From Eledone cirrhosa (lineage: Eukaryota), in contig OZ024758.1 in assembly GCA_964016885.1 (NCBI GenBank), positions 6,634,001 through 6,698,000 of the forward strand: a stretch of 64,000 nucleotides of DNA, read 5' to 3'. The notes beneath the pieces are model-generated. The model ran no database searches. It was not told the origin of the DNA and worked only from the letters and a program-made list of their open reading frames with translations. Both the position numbers and the translations under genes were made by a program. Below, piece by piece: positions 36,161-64,000 of this stretch (its first letter is position 1; every line of letters starts with the position of its first letter).

Positions 36161-38940
36161 CCACACTGTAAAGTGGACGTGTAATCATATTTTTTTATTT
36201 GTTTGACCCAAATTACTTGGTCGTTTCTATGGCTGTGTGGATAATGGTTTAACCATCGTCTCAGTGTGTTTGGCCTTTTAACGTATGTTGTAGCTCTGGT
36301 TCGTTAGAATCTATGGAGCGCTTGCCACACATCTCGGAAGTTGTTTTTCACTAATTTCCAATAGCCGAAATACGATTCTCGCTAATTTATATTTGTATAT
36401 TTATATATAGATAGATATGTAAAAGGTAAACAGAAATAGCAACACAATCAGTACAGTATATGGAAGGGATATATTAGGTTAACGCTTGATATAGCAGAAA
36501 GAGGGTCTAAACGTTTCGGATGCTAGTCCTTCATCAGAAGAAAGAATGAGAAATAAGATAGATTGAGGGGACGGGCGGGTTATCATCATATATATGTAAT
36601 CATATATAATATAATAATATATATACATAATATATACATAATATATACATAATATATACATAATTTTGCTAATCTATCTCCAGCGGAATTTTATTTTAAG
36701 TGATATATATATCATCAAGTTTTACGTCCATTCTTCCACGCTAGCATGGGTTAGACGAGTTGTCCTGTTTTGGCCGATGTTAGGTCGGGTGACCTTGTCT
36801 TGCTTATACGGGAACTGCTTCTGGCTTGATTTCTACAGCTGGATGCCCTTCCTAAAACCAACCTCATTTACAGTGAGTGCTGGGTGCTTTTTTTGTCGTG
36901 ACACCTCCACAACCACTTTGCAGTGGGAGGGAACGGGGGCATATTGTCTATATGCTTCAGCTAAGGCTGTGGGAAGTTGGGTCTTCTGTATTACTGCATG
37001 ACGCCATGTGTCACAGTCGTGTGTCATCGCCTTTGAGAGGTGCAATTGGGCAAGGTCTGCTTTTATCACCTCATCCCAGGTCTTCTTGGGTCTCCCCACT
37101 CCACGGCTTCCATCAACTTTTAGTGCTCTGCACCTTTTTATGCAGTAACTGGTGATATGAAATTAAAGCCCCTACTCACTCTAAAAATCCAAGAGCTTTC
37201 AAAGGTTAGAGAGATGAAGGTAGAGCAGGATTAAGGATCTTGAAGATTAAGCTTCATTAGTTTCACAGAAGATCCACTACTGGAATAGAATGTAAGCTTT
37301 AAGGTTAGATTTGGGTTTAGAATTTACAGTTAGGGTTTAAATTTAAGATATAAGTTTAGGGTTAAATGGAGAAGGAAGGATTAAAAAACTAATTTTTTTT
37401 CTTATTTTTTCAAATTTATTTATTTATTTATTTATTTATTTATTCATTTAATTGTTTGTTTATTTATTTCTTCAGAAACAAGTTTAGGCAATACCTATGA
37501 AGAAATGATATACACTCCAGTAAACGACAGTTTTAGGAGTGTAATCAAGTCTTCTGTTAATAGCCTGCCAATGTTTATGTTAATACCGATGGTTGAGATG
37601 ATTGATGCTGCTGTTAATTATCCAAATGGAATTATCCAGATAGTAACTGGAGGGAAGCTATTTACTGTTAATATCAACTCTGACTATATTCCCTCGAAAG
37701 TTACATGCGAAATAGCCCTCAATGCACTGTTTGGTTGTAATGTAAGTTACACATTCACATATTTCTTACTAATTATTTCTAGGATCAAGTAGCATAGAAC
37801 CTTCATGAATACAAGCAGCCAAAATGGGGTTCCTCCGAAGGGCCTTTGGAGTAACGTTACTCGATAACATCTGTAGCTTTTCATCCTTCCGAGGTTGATA
37901 AAATAAAGTACCAGTAATACACTGGAATAATTGCTGGCTTTGTGCCAAAAGTAGAAACAATTATGATAAATATAATAGATATCATTAGAGAATGTTGTAG
38001 TTTACTTGAAGCATTGTATAGTATATAATGTAGAAAATGGTGTATATAAGAAAGCTAAGACAATGTCAAATGGATGGTAAAATGAAGGTAATGAAAATGT
38101 TTGTTACTTGTTATATATTATTATCTTTTTGTTTTTTTTTGTCCTAATATTTTGGGACTTAAAATCCCTTCTTCAAAGTATGGGAAACTCTCAGAGCAAA
38201 ATGTTCCGATCTATTCCCTTTTATATTAGATTTAAATTTAAAATTTAGAAACTACTTTCAAGCATTGTGTTTGATGTTTGCTGTAGTATCCACTAGAAGC
38301 AGGATGATGAAATTAATTGCTGTATATATTATTTCCTTGAAGCAAATTACTTGTGTAAATTGTTGTGTGTGTGTGTGTGCATGTAGGTGTGCTCTTTTAT
38401 GTCAAGTATTGTGTACTGAGTTCCATTCTGTTGTTGATTTGTAGGTTGAGTCTACGTATAAACAAAGCTTCCTTTCTTCTCAAGTTACTCATATTTCTCT
38501 CTCTGACTGTCATGTTTTTGTTGGTGTTTTTGCATTTGTCAATCATTATCTTCATTATCATCATCATTTTTATTGCTGACGTTATTATATATTATTTTCA
38601 TTAATATTTTTTTCAGGAAACTGCTCAAAATTTTCTTCGATTTAATTCTGATCTCTCAGCATTTGGTGGTTTGGGAAATAAATGCTGGTTTCATCATGAT
38701 AACACTTCTGGTGAATATGATTACAGCTATGAAGACATTTTTTCAGGCAGTTTTCTAGACTTTCCAAACATATCACTTGACAAACCTTATGATAAACCAC
38801 ACCACAAACCTCCCAAAAGACCTCACTTCAAACACCACCATAAGAAAGATCACAAACATCACAAACATCATAAAAAGCATGAGCACAAACATAAACACCA
38901 TAAACATCACTATAAAGATCATGAAAGAAGTCACAAATAA
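20193..38940 (+). CDS. Matrix metalloproteinase (M10A/matrixin) gene, 11 coding exons, ~713 aa, secreted, hemopexin-containing
   Basis: join(20193-20279,24734-24851,26632-26748,28699-28799,31268-31487,32277-32432,33531-33971,35447-35601,35862-36018,37476-37741,38617-38940) = 2142 nt. All introns are GT-AG and phases match. Motifs: [50 protein letters not shown], Met-turn, hemopexin IDAA/GYPK/FGC. Confidence 0.93.
22374..22790 (+). mobile_element. Tx1/L1-like LINE 3' end with UTR and AATAAA/(ATT)n tail
   Basis: FKFHLKRKIRVER.VL....F.ERW...; homologous to 24060-24265. Confidence 0.6.
23233..24058. repeat. 55-bp minisatellite, 15 copies, inside a Tx1/L1-like ORF2 fragment (23215-24265)
   Basis: Unit gtctggtgacaatagcgaaggaggttgtatggtggaccaggctgaaaggaggacc. 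Flanks read QAIFLCLVTIAKEVVWWTRLKG...FFKFHLERKI. Confidence 0.95.
24734..24851 (+). CDS. MMP exon 2 (propeptide)
   Basis: ttgcag|[11 protein letters not shown]...AIGKFQLRSGLESTG|gtaag. Confidence 0.92.
24921..25852. mobile_element. hAT-family MITE with internal 20/31-bp tandem array
   Basis: TIR caggcatgtcaaac/gtttgacatgcctg, perfect 8-bp TSD tcctatag, subterminal cggccc motifs. Confidence 0.92.
26632..26748 (+). CDS. MMP exon 3 (cysteine switch)
   Basis: caacag|GILDEVTMKQMQNKRCGVLD...SKRFALHG|gtaag. Confidence 0.93.
27107..27356. repeat. 83-bp x3 tandem repeat inside mariner-like MITE
   Basis: cataggctgaccaagatactctc...gcatcactcctt starts at 27107, 27190 and 27273. Confidence 0.9.
28000..28620 (-). 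mobile_element. RTE-like LINE 3' fragment
   Basis: QVEKFKCL...; MTERMQSRIQAAEMGFLQR...RSSEIRESLQV...SQLRYYRHVVRISQER; (GAA)n tail. Confidence 0.8.
28699..28799 (+). CDS. MMP exon 4 (start of catalytic domain)
   Basis: GSKWQYTNLTYKIDNYTPDLSKLEIDATIEKALQ|gtaag. Confidence 0.93.
29631..29804. mobile_element. piggyBac-like MITE (TTAA TSD); copies at 21397-21602, 34743-35345, 40732-41532, 59009-59240
   Basis: TTAA|ccctttagcattta ... taaatgctaaaggg|TTAA. Confidence 0.85.
31268..31487 (+). CDS. MMP exon 5 (structural Zn/Ca region)
   Basis: gacag|VWSRVSILSFT...[31 protein letters not shown]...[11 protein letters not shown]..ENG|gtaaa. A same-phase alternative donor exists at 31476. Confidence 0.93.
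32277..32432 (+). CDS. MMP exon 6 (catalytic zinc motif, Met-turn)
   Basis: ttgtag|[30 protein letters not shown]...LSNDDILAIQSLYG|gtaat. Confidence 0.95.
33531..33971 (+). CDS. MMP exon 7 (repeat-rich hinge plus start of hemopexin domain)
   Basis: tttttag|GPVIST...nine (T)TREPGIK-type units...ENICDVIVNALT...LIFF|gtaaa. The 441-nt exon keeps phase. Confidence 0.85.
34090..34400. repeat. C-rich low-complexity tract (G-quadruplex-forming potential on the - strand)
   Basis: Repeated cccctccaccctgccacccc motifs in MMP intron 7. Confidence 0.7.
35447..35601 (+). CDS. MMP exon 8 (hemopexin)
   Basis: tttcag|DKKVAYWF...IADIFPDSPDFIDAAF...MLIK|gttgg. Confidence 0.87.
35862..36018 (+). CDS. MMP exon 9 (hemopexin)
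   Basis: ttttag|HKKAWKYYY...LASGYPKL...IKAAISMDNSVYIFT|gtgag. Confidence 0.88.
36506..36541 (-). ncRNA. Minimal type I hammerhead ribozyme-like motif (degenerate copy)
   Basis: The - strand reads tctt CTGATGA a GGA ctagca TCC GAAAC GTT taga. Confidence 0.55.
37476..37741 (+). CDS. MMP exon 10 (end of hemopexin domain)
   Basis: ttcag|ETSLGN...MIDAAVNYPNG...ALFGCN|gtaag. The closing FGC is typical of the hemopexin terminal Cys. Confidence 0.87.
38617..38940 (+). CDS. MMP exon 11 (His/Lys-rich C-terminal tail, stop)
   Basis: tttcag|ETAQNFLRF...KPHHKPPKRPHFKHHHKKDHKHHKHH...SHK*. Phase 0 matches exon 10; AATAAA lies downstream. Confidence 0.8.
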   Translation, partial: ETAQNFLRFNSDLSAFGGLGNKCWFHHDNTSGEYDYSYEDIFSGSFLDFPNISLDKPYDKPHHKPPKRPHFKHHHKKDHKHHKHHKKHEHKHKHHKHHYKDHERSHK

Positions 38941-39043
38941 AATCTCAAGTTCAACTGATCTGCCTATAGTGCATGCACTGACAGTGCTGATTAATTCATT
39001 TATCGTGAATTGTTTGATATGTAATGTAAAGTATACCATTTTT

Positions 39044-39049
39044 AATAAA
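39044..39049 (+). terminator. Candidate polyadenylation signal of MMP
   Basis: AATAAA about 100 nt after the stop codon and before the LINE fragments. Confidence 0.45.
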
Positions 39050-39129
39050 CATACAATTTTAGGCTTGCTGCAAAATGTAAACAAAGAGGTTCCATTATAC
39101 ATTTTATCTGTCTACATTGGGAAATGAAG

Positions 39130-39468
39130 CAAGCATGAAGCAAGCATGCTCCAATGGATGTGAACGACCAAACATAGACGAGTTGAGAGTGAAACTGTGA
39201 ATAAGAGGGATAAACTGTAGTGTGCGGGAGAGAAGACTGCATTGGTATGGACATGTGATGCGCATGGAGGATGATTGCTGGGTAAAGAAGTGCCAAGCAA
39301 TCCCAGTGGAAGGAAGACGCAGTAGAGGAAGACCACGAAAATCATGGGCGGAGGTGGTGAGAGCGGACCTCAGATTACTGAAGCTCACAGAGGAAATGAC
39401 GAAGGACCAAGATGAATGAAGAGATGCTGTGCTAGGAAAAGCAGACGTAAAATGGTGATGATGATGAT
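39130..39468 (+). mobile_element. RTE-like LINE 3' fragment
   Basis: RERRLHWYGHVMRMEDD.WVKKC...VEGRRSRGRPRKSW; (ATG)n tail. Confidence 0.85.
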
Positions 39469-39723
39469 TGGGAAAAAATACTTTGTTTGTTTTTTCTGTA
39501 TGTCTACTAAAACAGGTATAACTTGTATTATATATCAATATCCAAAATCAATGTATAGTACACTATAGTGAATTAATTAATCCATATTGTCAGTGTATGT
39601 ACAATTATGCAAATTAGACTGACCAATTCTACTTTATAAATACTATAAATAACTATAAGCTACGAATCTCTTCGAAAGAATGTGGGTATATTTTCTCTTA
39701 TGACAGTCAAACAAGACTAGAAA

Positions 39724-40028
39724 ATCATCATCATCATTTTACATCTGCTTCTCGCTGCTTGCAAGGGTGGGATGGGCCCTATTCAGCACAGCATCTCTCC
39801 TTTCATCAGGGTCCTTCGTCATCTCCTCTGTGAGCTTCAGCAATCTGAGGTCAGCACTGACCACCCCAACCCATGTTTTCCATGGTCTTCCTCTACTGCA
39901 TCTTCCTTCTACTGGGATTTCTTGGCACTTCTTTACCCAGCGGTCATCCTCCATGCGCACCATATGTCCATACCAACACAGTCTTCTCTCCTGCACACTA
40001 CAACTTAACAGTTTCTCTCACAACTCGT
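39724..40028 (-). mobile_element. RTE-like LINE 3' fragment, inverted relative to 39130-39468
   Basis: QERRLCWYGHMVRMEDDRWVKKC...GRPWKTW. Confidence 0.85.
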
Positions 40029-40860
40029 CTATAATAATCATATCAATCCCATTTTTTTCTGTCCATAAAGAATTAAAATCTGTGATGTGATGATTAATTT
40101 GCTTATTCTTCACAGTCAAACCAAAATGGTATGTTTATTACAAAGCTTTACCTTACATTACATTTAAAATTTCCTTTTAAATTACCTCCAAAATCCTGTT
40201 TAACACAATATGAACTATTGTCAGCGCATGCAATTCAGGTTAGATTGATCAATTGTCTGACTCTTAGTTTGTAAACTATTAATATCTATGTAGAGAGAAG
40301 ATATATATTCTATGAAAAGGCCTACACTCCAGTTTTACCTTAAAAATATGAAATTTTAAATAACTGAATTCTGTAAACTGAACTATAACCAAAACATTAA
40401 AAATTTGCTAATCCCAGAAATTGCTTTTTCTTCAATTCTATTTGTAATTTCACCACATATGTGATCCAGCATGTAATAATTTTATTTTATTTTAATAATC
40501 AAATAATTTTATTTTACATTTAATAAACATTATATATAACAAAAGAAGAACGTTACAAGAAATCCCATATTTACGAACGTACACCATACAGTTACCGACC
40601 CCACACGTCACTTATAAGAATTTAAGCAAATGTCCAACCCCCCTCCCCCACTTATTCCAACGCCCCTATTATTTGGGACCCAAGAGTAGTTGGAATAGTT
40701 CAAGGAGAGGTAATACTGCAGGTGAACTTAACCCTTTAGCATTTAAATTCTCTCACCTCCTTCTGTTTAAACCGACCATAACTGACTGCTCATTCTGACC
40801 TTAAGGTATTGTTCTTAAAATAAATAATATCAAAATCTCATAGATTCGATATTAAGTGAG

Positions 40861-41520
40861 ATAATTATGTAAGGTAAAGCCTTTACCATGAAAATACAAT
40901 AGTATATATAGAGTAATGTAAATATTATGTGAGGTAAAGCCTTTACCATGAAAATGCAATAGTATATATAGAGTAATGTAAATATTATGTAAGGTAAAGC
41001 CTTTACCATGAAAATACAATAGTATATATAGAGTAATGTAAATATTATGTGAGGTAAAGCCTTTACCATGAAAATACAATAGTATATATAGAGTAATGTA
41101 AATATTATGTGAGGTAAAGCCTTTACCATGAAAATACAATAGTATATATAGAGTAATGTAAATATTATGTAAGGTAAAGCCTTTACCATGAAAATACAAT
41201 AGTATATATAGAGTAATGTAAATATTGTGTGAGGTAAAGCCTTTACCATGAAAATACAATAGTATATATAGAGTAATGTAAATATTATGTGAGGTAAAGC
41301 CTTTACCATGAAAATACAATAGTATATATAGAGTAATGTAAATATTATGTGAGGTAAAGCCTTTACCATGAAAATACAATAGTATATATAGAGTAATGTA
41401 AATATTATGTGAGGTAAAGCCTTTACCATGAAAATACAATAGTATATATAGAGTAATGTAAATATTATGTGAGGTAAAGCCTTTACCATGAAAATACAAT
41501 AGTATATATGGGGTAATGCA
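40861..41520. repeat. 60-bp minisatellite, ~11 copies, inside piggyBac-like MITE
   Basis: Unit aatattatgtgaggtaaagcctttaccatgaaaatacaatagtatatatagagtaatgta. Confidence 0.97.
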
Positions 41521-43248
41521 AATGCTAAAGGGCTAAAAGAATGAAGAGTTGGTATTGAAATTGAAATAAAAGACAGAAAAGGTAGGACAATAGATTATAA
41601 ATATGTACAGGTATCTCTTTTGAAAGAGAAGGGAGGGGAGAAGATTACGTTGTTATATAAACTGTGATGGGGAAAGGGCGGGAGATTAAGTGAAAGTGAA
41701 ACAAAATCTACTAATATATAATTGTTTCTACTTTTGGCACAAGGCCAGCAATTACTCCAGTGTATTACTGGTACTTTATTTTACCGACCCTCGAAAGGAT
41801 GAAAGGCAAAGTTAACCTCGGCGGGATTTGAACTCAGAATGGCAAGGGCCATAACTCTATGCATCAAAGCATGGCGTCCGACCCTCTACCAATACTGCCA
41901 ATTACATACACACACATCTGCAGTATGTGATGAGTGTAGAAGGGGGGGGGGGGGCTGTGACAAACTATAGAAAACAGAGAACAGTGTTCGCTACATATAA
42001 ATATATACACACACACACACACATATATGTGTGTGTGTGCATGTAATGATTATTTTCTCTGAGTCTGTTTATGTGTATGTTTGTGTAGATGTGTGTGTAT
42101 GTAAGAATTATTTTAACTAGCGTTCTTAGATTGGCTACACTTTTGTGACTGTACGTGTGTCTGTGTGTTTTTGTGTACGTGTGTGTGAGTGTATGTATGT
42201 GTGTGTGTGTGTTTGTGTGTATGTGTGTGTGAGTGTTTGTGTGTATGTGTGTGTGAGTGTTTGTGTGTATGTGTGTGTGAATGTTTGTGTGTATGTGTGT
42301 GTGTGTGTGTATGTGTGTGTGAATGTTTGTGTGTATGTGTTGTTCAAGGAGCCAAGTCCCTAACAATATCGAAGTATATTAGAATTATCAAGAATATAAA
42401 ACGACCGTAGTTGAAAGGTATATACAAATACACATCTACCCTTTAGCCGTCATTTTTGACGGTACGGGACCAGCTAGTCTTATAATAAAACACAGAAGTG
42501 CGGTGGATTGGCAGTATCTGTAGAGGGTCGGACACCATGCTTTGCAGCATAGAGTTACGGCCCTTTATGATCTGAGTTCAAATCCCGCCGAGGTTAACTT
42601 TGCCTTTCATCCTTCCGGGGTCGATAAAATAAAGTACCAGTCACGCACTAGGTTCGATTTAATTGACTTTCCCCTTTTCCCAAAACTGCTGGCCTTTTGC
42701 CTATATTAGAGACCATTTTGACGCATAGAGTTACGGCCCTTGCCATTCTGAGTTCAAATCCCGCCGAGGTTAACTTTGCCTTTCATCCTTACGGGGTCGA
42801 TAAAATAAACTACCAGTAATACACTGGGTTATTGCTGGCCTTGTGCCAAAAGTAGAAATAATTATAATAAAATACAGAGAAAAAAGGGCGTATGTGTATA
42901 TAAGAGAGACGGGGAGAGAGGAGAAGAGAAGGGGAGAGAGGAAAGGAGAGAGATTGTCTTTTTTTTGTTGTTTTTGTTACTTTAAATTGGTTTGAAACGC
43001 CGCATTTCCAGAAAGAAAATGAAACACAAAATTATGAAAAAGAAAAAACAAAATAAAATCTTTATTAACTAATTATTTTGTTATTTTACTGTCAAAATTA
43101 AAAAGAAATGTTTGGGGTATCGTATAAAAAATTTATATTATATATAAATATCTTTATTCCGCCCGAAAACTGTTGAAGATTTTACGCGTTCTTATATTGT
43201 GAAATATAGCAAACGCCAGTGAAACGGTCAAAGATTTATTTAGCAATC

Positions 43249-62098
<18,850 letters not shown>

Positions 62099-62334
62099 GT
62101 CTGTTGTCTTGGTTTGATATTTTTCTCTGTATCTGTTCTATTTAGATTAACTGAGTAGTAAAAGTTGGAGAGTGGGGTTAGATGGGTTGTCACATTATGA
62201 AACATGTCAGGTCACTACATCTTGCTCACATGGAACAGTATTTTTTGCCTTAGTTTCTGTGGCTGGATGCCCTTGCTAATGCCAACCACGTTACAGTGTG
62301 GTGTGGACTGGGTGCTTTTTATCATGGCACTGAA

Positions 62335-63090
62335 ATGACCATCTAACAAGGTAGACTGGGGGCTTTTTATCAGGTTATCAGCATGACCACTTTACAGGGT
62401 AGACTGGGGGCTTTTTATCAGGTTATCAGCATGACCACTTTACAGGGTAGACTGGGGGCTTTTTATCAGGTTATCAGCATGACCACTTTACAGGGTAGAC
62501 TGGGGGCTTTTTATCAGGTTATCAGCATGACCACTTTACAGGGTAGACTGGGTTTTTTTTATCAGGTTATCAGCATGACCACTTTACAGGGTAGACTGGG
62601 GGCTTTTTATCAGGTTATCAGCATGACCACTTTACAGGGTAGACTGGGGGCTTTTTATCAGGTTATCAGCATGACCACTTTACAGGGTAGACTGGGTTTT
62701 TTTTATCAGGTTATCAGCATGACCACTTTACAGGGTAGACTGGGGGCTTTTTATCAGGTTATCAGCATGACCACTTTACAGGGTAGACTGGGGGCTTTTT
62801 ATCAGGTTATCAGCATGACCACTTTACAGGGTAGACTGGGTGTTTTTTATCAGGTTATCAGCATGACCACTTTACAGGGTAGACTGGGGCCTTTTTATAA
62901 GGTTATCAGCATGACCACTTTACAGGGTAGACTGGGGCCTTTTTATCAGGTTATCAGCATGACCACTTTACAGGGTAGACTGGGTGTTTTTTATCAGGTT
63001 ATCAGCATGACCACTTTACAGGGTAGACTGGGGGCTTTTTATCAGGTTATCAGCATGACCACTTTACAGGGTAGACGGGGTGTTTTTTTT
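62335..63090. repeat. 48-bp minisatellite, ~15 copies, inside family-C SINE-like element
   Basis: gcatgaccactttacagggtagactgggggctttttatcaggttatca, preceded by ctggatgcccttgctaatgccaacc. Confidence 0.96.
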
Positions 63091-63131
63091 TCATGCCATA
63101 CACACACATATGACATATATATATATATATT

Positions 63132-63162
<31 letters not shown>

Positions 63163-64000
63163 ATATATATATACCTATAAAGTCTTTGTGTGTGTTCCAT
63201 AAGGTATTTATCAATGTATACAAATACATTTTTCCTCAACACATGACCCAGCTATCTCATTCCATTTTTCTTCACCACATTCAAGACTAATTCTATTCAC
63301 ATCATCCTCTGCAATATGACCAAAGCATTCTATTCAAAGACCTTGTCTATAATTGTTCAGCCACCACTGCTGATGTCTTTAATCCCTAATGCCCAGCCTC
63401 TTTCTTTTACGCCTCTTGAAACCACACCCAGTACACACCGTAAATGTGATTGGCATTAGGAAGGGCATCCAGTCTTAGAAACCAAACCAAAATCAGTTCT
63501 GTATGAGCGAGACATGGTCATCTGATCTCACTTGTCTCACCCCGGGCAAACTTGTCTAACCACGCTATCGTGGAAAAATGGGTGTTAAATGGTGGCGATG
63601 ATGATAATGATAATGATGAATGGATCACGCTTGTTTCTTTTTCTTTTCAAGCCTCTGTAGATATTGATATCACACTACTATAAAACATATTTAATATAGT
63701 CTGCTTTTAAAACTAATGTTAAACCGATCAACTGATTCGAGATCCCAGACCTCATTTGCTCACCAAGGGGACTCGTCAGATCAAACCAAAAAAACAATGT
63801 TTCCATTGGTCTTTCAAATTGCTAATACTATCTATCAGTTGCAACTCATGGTAGGAGGCGCAATGTGAAATAAAGTGTCTTGCTGAAGGACAAAATGCAT
63901 CACCCTGCCCAGGAATCAAACTCACAACCTCACAATTGTGAATCAAACTCTCTAACCACTAAGCCACATGCCTTCACTCATGTTATAGCACCATCAAATA

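Noticed and set aside
40830-41499. 219 and 215 aa repetitive ORFs
   Set aside because: They come from the 60-bp array within a MITE.
43100-43248. RFX X-box or other ciliary promoter motif upstream of the dynein gene
   Set aside because: No convincing GTTNCC..GGNAAC match was seen; there is only an isolated CCGCCC, which is insufficient.
43219-43248. GTG start for dynein suggested by the ORF track
   Set aside because: This is a eukaryotic gene. The ATG at 43249 has a purine at -3 and matches the expected N-terminus length.
62383-63144. 253 aa ORF of 16-aa repeats
   Set aside because: It is the 48-bp intronic array in a SINE-like element.

Overview
AT-rich, repeat-dense eukaryotic DNA. The SINE families resemble those known from octopod cephalopods, but that assignment is an inference. 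Two spliced protein-coding genes lie on the + strand, both reconstructed by hand from GT-AG junctions with consistent phases. (1) A complete 11-exon matrix metalloproteinase (20193-38940, ~713 aa) with signal peptide, variant cysteine switch [18 protein letters not shown] zinc motif, Thr/Lys/Pro-repeat hinge, hemopexin domain and an unusual His/Lys-rich C-terminal tail. (2) The first 13 coding exons (~761 codons) of an axonemal outer-arm beta-type dynein heavy chain (from 43249, running off the window). The rest consists of tRNA-derived SINEs, decayed LINE fragments (R4-like, CRE-like, RTE, CR1, Tx1, Penelope), several MITE families (hAT, piggyBac-like, Tc1/mariner/pogo-like), microsatellites and many minisatellites, most of them amplified inside TE fragments. 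The most notable items are a repeat family carrying a minimal hammerhead ribozyme motif, an array of ~47 Pol III A-boxes, the same 61-bp LINE segment amplified at two loci, and the atypical MMP. There is no CRISPR array. Most long ORFs in the supplied track are repeat artefacts.
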